Below, in pieces: positions 53,813 to 64,000 of a stretch of DNA of 64,000 nucleotides. How positions within the stretch are numbered: position 1 is the stretch's first letter; each line of letters starts with the position of its first letter. This DNA comes from Batkoa obscura (taxonomy: Eukaryota): contig JASVEC010000014.1 in NCBI GenBank assembly GCA_030770535.1, positions 496,001 to 560,000 of the forward strand, in the 5' to 3' direction. Under the pieces are notes generated by a model. That model was not told the DNA's origin, searched no databases, and was given only the letters and a program-made list of their open reading frames with translations. The translations under genes and the position numbers were made by a program.

Positions 53813-55393
53813 ATGGGAGACTTTAAAACGATCACAATTAACGAAGTACAAAAGCATAATAAAGAAGATGACATTTGGATTATTGTTGAAGGCAAAGTAT
53901 TTGACGTGACCAAATTTTTAGAGTTACATCCAGGTGGTAAAACTATCTTATTAAAGGTAGCAGGTACTGACGCTACCAAGCAGTTCAATACTTTTCACTC
54001 AAAAAAAGTACTTGAAAAATATATTCCCAAACTTTGCATTGGACAAGTTGAAACTAAAGGGACTGAAAAACAAGATAAAGCCAACCATTTATCTGAAAAC
54101 GCTTTTGGTGATATGGTACCTTTCGGCGACCCAAGTTGGTACCAAGATTGGAACTCACCTTATTATAATGAGTCCCATCGTAAATTACGTAAAGCTGTTC
54201 GTGAGTTTGTCGATAGAGAAATTATGCCAAATGTCCATGAATGGGCTGAAGCCAATTCAGTTCCAAAAGAAGTTTTAACAAGATGCAGTAAATTAGGCAT
54301 TGCTTCTGCTTTCTGTGGTAAAACCGTAGTTCAAAGACATCAAAAAGAACCTGTGATGGGTATTGTTGAACCCAAAGATTTCGATGCCTTCCATAGTTTT
54401 ATTGTATTAGATGAGTTTTCAAGATGTGGTAGTGGAGGTTTAACCTGGGCTCTCAATGGTGGTATGGCTATTGGACTTCCCCCAGTTGTATATTTTGGTT
54501 CAAAAGAACTTCAAGATAAAATTGTTCAACCTTGCTTAAGAGGTGAAAAATTCATGTCATTAGCTGTCACTGAACCTTATGCTGGCTCCGACGTAGCTAA
54601 CCTCCAATGTAGTGCTAAACGTACCCCAGATGGTAAACATTATATTGTTAATGGTGAAAAGAAATGGATTACCAACGGTACCTTTGCTGATTACTTTACT
54701 GTTGCTGTACGCACTAGTGATAAGCCAGGTATGGAAGGTATCTCTTTATTATTGTTAGAAAGAAATATGCCAGGATTAGATACACGTCAAATGAAGTGTA
54801 CTGGTGTATGGGGATCAGGTACCGCCTTTGTAAACTTCAACAATGTCAAAGTACCAGTTGAAAATTTAATTGGGGAAGAGAACAAAGGGTTCAGGTATAT
54901 CATGTTTAACTTTAATAATGAGCGTTTAGGCTTAGTTTATCAAGCAAATCGATTTGCTAGAGTTTGCTATGAAGAGGCATTTAAATATGCCCATCAACGT
55001 AAAACTTTTGGAAAGAGACTTGTTGACCATGCTGTAATTCGTAATAAATTAGCACATATGGCTCGTAACATTGAAGCTACTCATCATTGGATAGAAGCTA
55101 CTATTCATCAATTTGACACTTTTAGTCCAAAAAAACAAGCTACCGATTTAGCTGGACCAATTGCTCTTTTAAAAGCTCAAGCTACACAAACTTTTGCTCT
55201 TTGTGCTACTGAAGCTACTCAAATCTTTGGTGGTTTAGCTTATACTCGTGGAGGTAGAGCAGAAAAAGTTGAAAGATTGTATCGTGATGTACGTGCTATG
55301 ACTATTCCAGGAGGATCTGAAGAAATCATGTTGGATTTAGGTATTCGTCAATCTATGAAGTTAGCACAGCTCAACAAAGCTAATCTTTTATAA
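53813..55393 (+). CDS. Cytochrome b5 / acyl-CoA dehydrogenase fusion protein
   Basis: N-terminal HPGG heme-binding b5 domain; LAVTEPYAGSDVA, NGEKKWITNG, RKTFGK, QIFGG, IPGGSEEIM; intronless. Confidence 0.95.
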   Translation: MGDFKTITINEVQKHNKEDDIWIIVEGKVFDVTKFLELHPGGKTILLKVAGTDATKQFNTFHSKKVLEKYIPKLCIGQVETKGTEKQDKANHLSENAFGDMVPFGDPSWYQDWNSPYYNESHRKLRKAVREFVDREIMPNVHEWAEANSVPKEVLTRCSKLGIASAFCGKTVVQRHQKEPVMGIVEPKDFDAFHSFIVLDEFSRCGSGGLTWALNGGMAIGLPPVVYFGSKELQDKIVQPCLRGEKFMSLAVTEPYAGSDVANLQCSAKRTPDGKHYIVNGEKKWITNGTFADYFTVAVRTSDKPGMEGISLLLLERNMPGLDTRQMKCTGVWGSGTAFVNFNNVKVPVENLIGEENKGFRYIMFNFNNERLGLVYQANRFARVCYEEAFKYAHQRKTFGKRLVDHAVIRNKLAHMARNIEATHHWIEATIHQFDTFSPKKQATDLAGPIALLKAQATQTFALCATEATQIFGGLAYTRGGRAEKVERLYRDVRAMTIPGGSEEIMLDLGIRQSMKLAQLNKANLL

Positions 55394-55710
55394 TCTACTC
55401 AGATTCTATTTATCATTAAATTAAGACTTTATTGATTTTTTACAAGTCGTTAATGTTATAATTTTTATTTTATTTAAATATAAAATGCTATTTAATGCTA
55501 TTGTATTCCTTATAAAAAGCGTTATTACATGATCAAACCATTATTAGCTTGGTTTGATTTAACTTTATTTTAGGTTTATTAAAATAACTATTTTAAATTT
55601 TCTTCACTAGAAATAAACATCTAAAAATTTAAAAATTAACATTCAAAATTAGCAACAATTTATCAGTTTGATGAATTAAAAGCTGTCCATTTTCATTTCC
55701 AAATGAACTC

Positions 55711-55815
55711 TATATGGGGATGTTTTTCTGGTTCATTACTTTCTCCGTTTTTAAGCCCTATTTGAGCAGAAAGATTGCTAATAAAATTCTTAAACACAAA
55801 AATAAACTCTCATAT
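55711..55815 (-). mobile_element. MITE-like element, copy I
   Basis: TATATGGGGATGTTTTT...TTAAGCCCTATTTGAG...AAACTCTCATAT. Confidence 0.85.
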
Positions 55816-57423
55816 TTTATTTAATATTAAATATAGGTTATAAACATATATCTAAATCGAACAGATATATAAAAAATATTGAGTTTTCATTTATAATTAC
55901 AACAGTAGATAATTTTGACTCAAACTATCAAATTTATGTAGCTTTTTCCATAGTGCATTAGAAAAGCGATACACTAAATGAGACAACATTAAATTTTAAT
56001 ATTTGAAATTATTATACATTATTTTAATTCAACTTATACTATTAAAATAACTAAAAATATGATTTGTCTTAATATTAAAAAATATTACGACAGTGGAGTT
56101 GCAATCGAGGGATATTATAATATCATAATTACCCCAATAGTTCTTAAAATACTAATATTTTGAGATAATATTATTTAATAAATATTTGAACATTAAAATT
56201 TTATTTTTAGCTGGATAATATCAATTATTAAATATTATGTCATTATATATAATACTACTCAATAGAAATTTATTATTTATTATAAGTTGTTTTTGAATTA
56301 CGCTTAAACATATTAAAATGTTAATCTAATTTGAAATGATTTTATATAGTTAAATAAAATTAAAAAATTAAAAATATTAACTACTCAAGAAAATGTACAT
56401 AGTCTATTACTCATTATTTATTTATTTTTAACATTGTGATCTTTGAAATGAAAGGCTTGTTTTTACTTATAAATGTATTATATATTATAAATATCAATTG
56501 TAAATTTTATATGATACTATTGTTTAACTTTAATTTTTTTTTAAATATTTATTAAAACACCAAACTTTTTTAGACTTTAGAAAGTGTAATAAACATTCCT
56601 TATAAAGCTTAATAAAAGTCCAATTTGGGTTAAGATCAATAACTAAAAGTGGCCTTTAGCGTATTTTATTATACTATACTTAAAAAGCCCCTTCTTATTC
56701 TTATTTTTAAGGATCAAATAATTATATATAAGATATATATTAATACCCTTAAAAAATAAGTAATAAAGCTGATTAATTAATGCCATAAGGCCTTGAGCTA
56801 AATATTCATTGTTCAAATTTACCCCGCACAAAATAATATCCTTTTATTTCATCCGTTATATGACCTTTAGTCATATTGGATATCATATTTAAGCCTTTTT
56901 CTAAAACTAATTAATATATTGAATTTAGGGCCATTTAGCTTGTTTTTAATACACAGATAATATAAGTCAGAATAATTCTTATTTAAACGAGTTAATGCTT
57001 ACTTAAGCATTAAATAAAATAGTATTAAGGAGTCAGCAATTAATTGAATAAATTACGCCGCTTCCCCATTCTATTTCTAATTATGTACTAAGCTAATATT
57101 TCTACCCCTAGCGTAGAGTAAACTTGATAGGTTAAGTTAACTTTAAAGTAAAAAATTATTCTAGCCTGTGTTAGAGTATTTGGGCACATAAAATTCTAGG
57201 CTCCCACCCTTTAAATTACGCTAAATTTAACATAATTATGTAACATGCAAATCATTTGGTCGATTGATTTGGCACCCATAAAATAAAATGAATAAATCAA
57301 TTTGTACTCTGATAATTAGCTAAGGATAATGGCACAAAGCATTGATATCAAATCAATATAAATAATCAACAAATTTCTTTTTCGAATCATTTCTTTAAAT
57401 TAATCTAACAACAATAAATCATC

Positions 57424-59916
57424 ATGACTCAATCGTCTGGTATTCTAGCTGGTGCGAATCCAATAGCATTTGATGCTACTAATCCATTACCATTGTTTAT
57501 TATTCAAATGTTGATTATATTAATCACTTGTCGATTAATAAAATTTATACTAACACCACTTAAACAACCAAGTGTAATTGCCGAAATTATTGGTGGTATT
57601 ATACTTGGTCCTACTGCTATGGGTCGTATTCCAGGCTACATGAATGCTATCTTTCCAAAAGAGTCTTTACCTTTTTTAAATCTGGTGTCAAACTTTGGTT
57701 TAGTATTATTTTTATTTTTAGTAGGACTTGAATTAGATCCAAGAATGATAAAAAAGAGTATCCGAAAAAGTATCTTAATCTCATTAGCTGGCATGGCTTT
57801 GCCATTTGGAGTTGGTGCTGCTGTATCTTATGGTCTATTTCATCTTATTGAACCTAGTGATAACACTACCGCTTTTTCCACCTATTTATTATTTTTAGGT
57901 GTTGCTATGTCAATTACCGCCTTCCCTGTTTTGGCGCGTATCCTTACTGAATTAGATCTATTGAAAACACCAGTTGGAAGTATTACTATCTCAGCAGCTG
58001 CTGTAGATGATGCTACTTCATGGTGTCTTTTAGCTTTAGTCATCTCATTAATTAATGCTGGCTCCGGTATCAATGCTCTATATGTATTCCTTATGGGAAT
58101 CGGATATACTTTGATTTTAATTTTTCTTATAAGACCCGCTTTTATTATTATTATAAGAAGATGTGGTGCCTTTGAAGGAAGTATCTCCCATTTTGTGGTT
58201 TTCTTGACATTATCCTTAGTATTTTTTAGCGCTTTTATTACGGATATGATTGGTATTCATGCCATTTTTGGAGGATTCATAACCGGCATAATTATGCCTC
58301 ATCAAGGAGGATTTGCTAGACATATTACTGAAAAAATTGAAGATATGGTTATTGTTTTGCTTTTACCACTTTATTTTACACTCTCTGGATTAAAAACCCA
58401 AATAGGAGTTTTAGATGATGGTGTTGCTTGGGGAATGGTATTTTTGGTTATTTTTACTGCTTGTGTAGGAAAAATTACTGGATGTACTATTGCTGCACGT
58501 TTTTCCAATTTACAATGGAGAGAATCTTTTGCTGTTGGTATACTTATGAATTGTAAAGGGTTAGTTGAACTCATCGTCCTCAATATCGGATTAGACTCTA
58601 AAGTAATTTCCCAAAAAACTTTTGTAATTATGGTAATTATGGCTTTAGTTACCACCTTTTTAACTGTACCACTCATAACCTTTGTTTATCCTAAATCTTA
58701 TTATAATCAAATTTCAGGAAGCTCAGAAGAAGGTAAAAACCCAGCTGCTGAGTTGACTTCAGATACAACATATTATAATAAGGTTCTTGTGTGTTTAAAC
58801 AAACTTGAACACGTCCCAGCTTTAATGACAATGGTCAAATTGCTTCAATCCACTCCAGAGCCAGTTAAAATGGTAGATAATGTTTCGTCACCAGCTCAAG
58901 GAACATCTAAACTTCCAGTATTGAATGTAACAGCATTGCGTTTAATTGAACTTTCAGATCGTAATTCAAGTATTATGCTTCATTCCGATTCCGAAATGAC
59001 CATGAGGAATGATCCCGCTATCAATGTCTTCAAGACTTTTGGACATTTGACAGCAATCGGTGTCAGAAGCATTTTAAGAGTGGTCAACCCCTCTCAATTT
59101 GCTGAAACCATTTCTTCAGTATCAAGGGATCAACAATCTGATTTAATTTTGTTACCATGGGGCGGAAGTGGAACTATTATTGACAACTCATCAGACACAC
59201 CGTTAGAAAAATTATTCAACTCTGAAACGAAAGAAAATAACTATACTTCGATACAACACTCATCATTCATACGTGATGTATTTAGAACAGCTTTAAGTAG
59301 AGTTGGTGTTCTTATTGATAGAGGTCTTAACTCAACTCAAACTGTAACTGCAGCTAATTCAGTCAGCTCGCTTGAGCAACTTTCATCTGTTTCCCATAGG
59401 ATCTTTTTACCTTTCTTTGGAGGAAAAGATGATCGTGCTGCACTTGACTTGATGATGTTGATTTCTTATCAAACAGCAGCTCAGATTATAATTGTAAGAT
59501 ATAAATCAAAAACCAACGACATTAAGAATGAGAACGAGGCTCAATTATTGAGCCAAGAGACATTCATAGCTGGTGCTTCTGGTCAAGAAGATATACTCTT
59601 ATCTGAAAAAGAAGACGAAAGGATACTAAATAGCTATTTTGGTTCTAATCAAACTAATCCTATTCGTCCTAATATTACTTATTCAGAAGTTAACTCAAGT
59701 ACGCCCCTTGCTTCTGTAGTTGAAAGTATTCAAGACTTTACTGGAAAGGATCTTATCTTGGTAGGTCGTAATAAGGTTGCAACAATCAACTCATTATATG
59801 GTAGTGAAGTTAAGAGAATTGATAACCATCGTCGTAAAGTTCTTGGTGATATTGCTGAATCTATAATATTATCAAACTCCCATGCCTCAGTGCTTGTAGT
59901 TCAAGAAAGAAAGTAA
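57424..59916 (+). CDS. KHA1: K+/H+ antiporter, CPA2 family (Kha1/CHX-like), paralog 1
   Basis: QPSVIAEIIGGIILGPT, ITAFPVLARILTE, AAVDD, CKGLVELIVLNIG; C-terminal PFFGGKDDR domain; intronless. Confidence 0.94.
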   Translation: MTQSSGILAGANPIAFDATNPLPLFIIQMLIILITCRLIKFILTPLKQPSVIAEIIGGIILGPTAMGRIPGYMNAIFPKESLPFLNLVSNFGLVLFLFLVGLELDPRMIKKSIRKSILISLAGMALPFGVGAAVSYGLFHLIEPSDNTTAFSTYLLFLGVAMSITAFPVLARILTELDLLKTPVGSITISAAAVDDATSWCLLALVISLINAGSGINALYVFLMGIGYTLILIFLIRPAFIIIIRRCGAFEGSISHFVVFLTLSLVFFSAFITDMIGIHAIFGGFITGIIMPHQGGFARHITEKIEDMVIVLLLPLYFTLSGLKTQIGVLDDGVAWGMVFLVIFTACVGKITGCTIAARFSNLQWRESFAVGILMNCKGLVELIVLNIGLDSKVISQKTFVIMVIMALVTTFLTVPLITFVYPKSYYNQISGSSEEGKNPAAELTSDTTYYNKVLVCLNKLEHVPALMTMVKLLQSTPEPVKMVDNVSSPAQGTSKLPVLNVTALRLIELSDRNSSIMLHSDSEMTMRNDPAINVFKTFGHLTAIGVRSILRVVNPSQFAETISSVSRDQQSDLILLPWGGSGTIIDNSSDTPLEKLFNSETKENNYTSIQHSSFIRDVFRTALSRVGVLIDRGLNSTQTVTAANSVSSLEQLSSVSHRIFLPFFGGKDDRAALDLMMLISYQTAAQIIIVRYKSKTNDIKNENEAQLLSQETFIAGASGQEDILLSEKEDERILNSYFGSNQTNPIRPNITYSEVNSSTPLASVVESIQDFTGKDLILVGRNKVATINSLYGSEVKRIDNHRRKVLGDIAESIILSNSHASVLVVQERK

Positions 59917-60030
59917 ATACATAATTTTTTAAAATCCTTCTTATATTTAATAAAAGTAATATTTTGCTTATTAGTTTGATTTTTAATTTTAACAAGTTTT
60001 ATTATTTATGATTACAATCAAGTTTTTAGT

Positions 60031-62520
60031 TTATAAAAATGATGATTCTTGTACAACAAGTATAGATGTAGAACAAGAAGATAAAAGTATGGATTCAGCA
60101 ACATCTCCTAAAACTTTACGGCGCTCATTGTCTACTCTATTGACTTCAGAACCATATAAATTATTTAAAGATCCTAATTTACTTCTTCCTACTAAAACAA
60201 GATCTTTGCGAGATAAATGAGATAAATCTTCAATGGCAGAAGCAATTGGAGCTGTAGATTTGATTTCAGTATATTGAACTTTTCCTAAGTAAGAACTATC
60301 TCTTTGAACCCCGAAGTATCTGTTTAGCATAAACTCATCAGCTTGGACAGATTGTAGGATATCCTGAGTTGTAGTTGCAGGCATATGAGTTTCATGGAAG
60401 CCAGCTTTGGACATGTCAGCACTATTTTCATTATCAGCATTAACATATCTAGCAACAGTTAATTTTACTTTAGAATGTTCAACAAAAGACACTAATAATT
60501 CTAAAGCTGCTCTATCATCTTTTCCACCAAAGAAAGGTAAATACACATGAGTATTTTCTTCAACTATTGGTCTTCTAAAGGAATGTGTCGATTCTTTTCT
60601 AGCTATTTCATTAGTTGATACACCCAATCCTCTATCAACAAGGACACCAACTTTGCAATTAGAAAGTCTAAATACATCACGAACAAAAGATGCATGATTT
60701 GAGGAGGTATGCATGCTTTCTTTGACTTGATTATTGAATAATTTTTCCAAAGGAGTATCTGAAGTATTATCAATGATAGTTCCACTACCATTCCATGGTA
60801 ATATAATAAGACCACTTGACTCCTCCTTAGCTACTCTATGAATTGTATTAGCGAAATCATCTGGTTTGACCACTCTTAAGAAAGCATTCACACCAACTGA
60901 AGTCAATTGACCAAATGCTTTAAATACATTAACGACTGGATCCATACGCATAGTGATAGCAGATTCTGAATGAAGCATCACACTAGAGTTACGATCTGAT
61001 AATTCAATTAATCTTAATGCAGTTACTTCTAAAGTTGAAGCTTCAGTTTTTTCGGTACCTGCTTTTGAGGTTACACTATTTGATTGACTTCCTTGGAATA
61101 ATTGAACTATAGTCATAATTGCTGGAACGTGCTCTAATTTGTTTAAACAAACTAAAATCCTGTTTGATATACCCGAATCTTGAGTTTCTCCAGAAAACTC
61201 TTCTCCAGATTCAATGGTTGCACCATTTTGTTTATAAAAAGAAGGTGGGTAAATGAAAGAGATTAATGGTACAGTTAAGAAGGTAGTAACTAAAGCCATA
61301 ATCACCATAATAGCAAAAGTTTTTGGTGAAATTAATTTGGCATCAAGACCAAGGTTAAGAACAATAAGTTCAACTAAACCCTTACAATTCATAAGGACAC
61401 CAACAGCTAAAGATTCTCTCCATTGTAATTTAGAAAGACGTGCAGCTAAAAGACAACCTGTAATTTTTCCTACACAAGCAGTGAAAATAACTAATACTAC
61501 AAGACCCCAAGCCACACCATCATCAAGAGTATCGATTTGAGTTCTGAGACCAGATAAAGTAAAGTATAAAGGTAGAAAGATTACAGTGATAAGATCTTCT
61601 AACTTTTCAGTGATATGACGTGCAAATCCACCTTCATGAGGCATAATGACACCAGCGATAAATCCACCAAAAATGGCATGAATACCAATAGTATCAGTAA
61701 TAAATGCAGATACAAAGACCAAAGTTAGAGTAATAAATACAATAAATTGAGATGGCCCATTTTCAAATGCTCCAGTACGTACACAAAGCTTAATGAATAA
61801 AGGACGAATAGCAAAGATAAGGATTAAGGTATAAGCAACACCTAAAAGGAAAACATATAATGCGGTCAAACCGGAACCAGCATTAATTAATGAGATGACT
61901 AAAGCTAAAAGACACCATGAAGTAGCATCATCTACAGCAGCTGCTGAGATAGTAATACTTCCAACTGGTGTAGTTAAAAGATCTAATTCAGTAAGGATAC
62001 GCGCCAAAACAGGGAAAGCAGTAATAGCCATAGCAACACCTAAGAATAGAAGATAAACACCGAAGGAAGCAGTTTTAGTTTCGGGCTCAGTAATGTTATA
62101 AAGAGCATAAGAGACGGCAGCACCACAACCAAATGGAACAGCCATACCAGCTAATGAAATAACAAAACTTTTACGAATACTTTCTTTTAGCATACGAGGA
62201 TCTAGTTCTAAACCTACTAAAAATAAAAATAAAACTAAACCAAAATTGGAAACGAGATTGATAAATGGTAATGAATCTTTTGGGAAAATGGCATCTTTAA
62301 AACCGGGGATTTTACCCATAGCAGTGGGACCAAGTATAATACCACCAATAATTTCGGCAATTACACTTGGTTGTTTAAGTGGGGATAATATAAATTTAAT
62401 TAGTCGACACATTAATATAATAATTAACATTTGGATAATAAAAGTTGGTAAAGGATTTGCGGTTGTAAATACGAAGGGATTAGACCCAGCTAAAATACCA
62501 GCACCATGAGTAGCAGCCAT
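60031..62520 (-). CDS. KHA1: K+/H+ antiporter, CPA2 family (Kha1/CHX-like), paralog 2
   Basis: Same motifs as paralog 1; convergent (tail-to-tail) with it, about 115 bp apart. Confidence 0.94.
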   Translation of the reverse strand: MAATHGAGILAGSNPFVFTTANPLPTFIIQMLIIILMCRLIKFILSPLKQPSVIAEIIGGIILGPTAMGKIPGFKDAIFPKDSLPFINLVSNFGLVLFLFLVGLELDPRMLKESIRKSFVISLAGMAVPFGCGAAVSYALYNITEPETKTASFGVYLLFLGVAMAITAFPVLARILTELDLLTTPVGSITISAAAVDDATSWCLLALVISLINAGSGLTALYVFLLGVAYTLILIFAIRPLFIKLCVRTGAFENGPSQFIVFITLTLVFVSAFITDTIGIHAIFGGFIAGVIMPHEGGFARHITEKLEDLITVIFLPLYFTLSGLRTQIDTLDDGVAWGLVVLVIFTACVGKITGCLLAARLSKLQWRESLAVGVLMNCKGLVELIVLNLGLDAKLISPKTFAIMVIMALVTTFLTVPLISFIYPPSFYKQNGATIESGEEFSGETQDSGISNRILVCLNKLEHVPAIMTIVQLFQGSQSNSVTSKAGTEKTEASTLEVTALRLIELSDRNSSVMLHSESAITMRMDPVVNVFKAFGQLTSVGVNAFLRVVKPDDFANTIHRVAKEESSGLIILPWNGSGTIIDNTSDTPLEKLFNNQVKESMHTSSNHASFVRDVFRLSNCKVGVLVDRGLGVSTNEIARKESTHSFRRPIVEENTHVYLPFFGGKDDRAALELLVSFVEHSKVKLTVARYVNADNENSADMSKAGFHETHMPATTTQDILQSVQADEFMLNRYFGVQRDSSYLGKVQYTEIKSTAPIASAIEDLSHLSRKDLVLVGRSKLGSLNNLYGSEVNRVDNERRKVLGDVAESILLSSCSTSILVVQESSFL

Positions 62521-64000
62521 ATTTTATATATTTTATAAATTAAATTTGATTAGTCTAAAGGGTATATTTTTATTAGTTCAAGAGTATGATTTAATATACA
62601 AATATTCAAGTTAAATTTCTTTTATTTTATAGCTTATTTGGAGCTTTTATACCTTTGTTTTCAGGGAGGGTTATTATCTAAGAATAAAACAAATAACCAT
62701 AAAAGCGTACAGTGTTTATTCTCCTCTTTTCTACATATAGTAAACTTGAGCTTTTATCATATAAAGTCATTTGATAGTAAGGTCAATAAGGAACATTCGT
62801 ATATATGAGAACCAGTTAAAAAACAATTGCTCACTTTGTTACAATGAGGTCTTTGAAATAAATGATTTGTTATTTGTAAAATTTTAAGAGGAGTAACTTT
62901 ATCAAAGAAGGTAATATATTATTCTAGATTTTTTGTTACATTCAGATGATGCTCATAATATTCAAGTTTCTATATTTTAAATCTAAATTAAATGCTAACA
63001 CCAAGTTGTTTTGATAACTAATAAATATGGTAAATTTTTTGATTCTTTTGCCACATGTCCTATTCGTTTGAATCAATATAATTTATTAAAAGAACAAGAA
63101 TATTTTTTTAAATCTAAATATTTAAAAGGATGTTCTACCATTTGTTAAAGACATATCAAATATTAACAAATGCTTGATATGCCATTAAGTGCTTTTTTAT
63201 TATATTGTTATTGTTATGTCTATTGTGAAATATTTTATAGATGCAGGTGATTTATTAATTATAAGGTAACCCCTTTATTTAGAACTTTTTTTTAAGATTT
63301 ATAGCTTGAAACGTATTCTTAATAAAGATACAAATGTTTGTGTAATACATTTAATTGCTTGATTAACCTATTATATAAAATGATTAACCAATAATTGATT
63401 CTTTTTGATCATATAATTCACGAAAATTCGATACTGAGCATAATATAATGTATTTGTAATACAAATACATTAATAAAAGTAGGAAACTTTTACGTTACAC
63501 TTACAACTTTTAATATACCCAAACATTTGTATTAATTTTACATCTTAATGAAACTAGATCCTCTTTTAACCTTCTATAAATTCATACTTATTCAAAACAT
63601 CTATTTTCATTGAATAAGCTAATAGTACTTAAATAAATCTATAAATGAATTATTATTTTTTTATAAAAATTAACAATTAATAAGGGTTCCAAAATCTCAA
63701 ATATATGGTAAATTGTTGAATTAAATATGCTTAGAGAGCGGCCAAATGTCAAGAACAAATTAATTGAAAACTTAAATTGCTTTTCCCGATTTATTAGCTT
63801 TTATCAAATTAAACACGTTGATCTATTTTATTCTCAAAAGGCGGCCAAATTGTTATACCATTTTTTATACCTAACCATCCCCAAAAGTCCAGAATTGTAG
63901 CCAAATGTTCAAATTTTTGTTCGGTTTTATCAGTGAATTAAGTTTCCACTGATATTTATAATGACTTTTTTTCAGTAAAGTTAGTCATTTCATATGTATA

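Noticed and set aside
53813..55393. Cytochrome b5-acyl-CoA dehydrogenase fusion as a novelty
   Set aside because: This architecture is already known and widespread in fungi.

Overview
Very AT-rich eukaryotic nuclear DNA with compact genes and many short (about 40-100 nt) GT-AG introns. The protein families are fungal, and the style fits an early-diverging fungus (Conidiobolus/Entomophthoromycotina-like is my inference, not established). The window holds about 25 intact genes: Pho89, Kgd2, MetAP, Rps20, a divergent CDK, deoxyhypusine synthase, Fes1, Esf2, SMAP-domain, DDT/WHIM, F-box/LRR, elongase, NAT9, NRAMP, ArgRS, EVE/THYN1, Ola1, Rec8-like kleisin, kinesin-5, TLC, DUF89, cytochrome b5-acyl-CoA dehydrogenase, two convergent Kha1 paralogs and two hypothetical proteins. 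It also holds elongase, F-box and unknown-family pseudogenes and a dead IS630/Tc1 transposase. Nine copies of a ~105-bp fold-back MITE-like element are scattered through intergenic DNA. The most interesting signals are that element and its recurrent CCCC>TCTC terminal mutations, a gene-conversion tract between the inverted Kha1 paralogs, a candidate structured C/D-box-like ncRNA upstream of OLA1, and a QxxHH-type elongase. Exon boundaries were read by eye.
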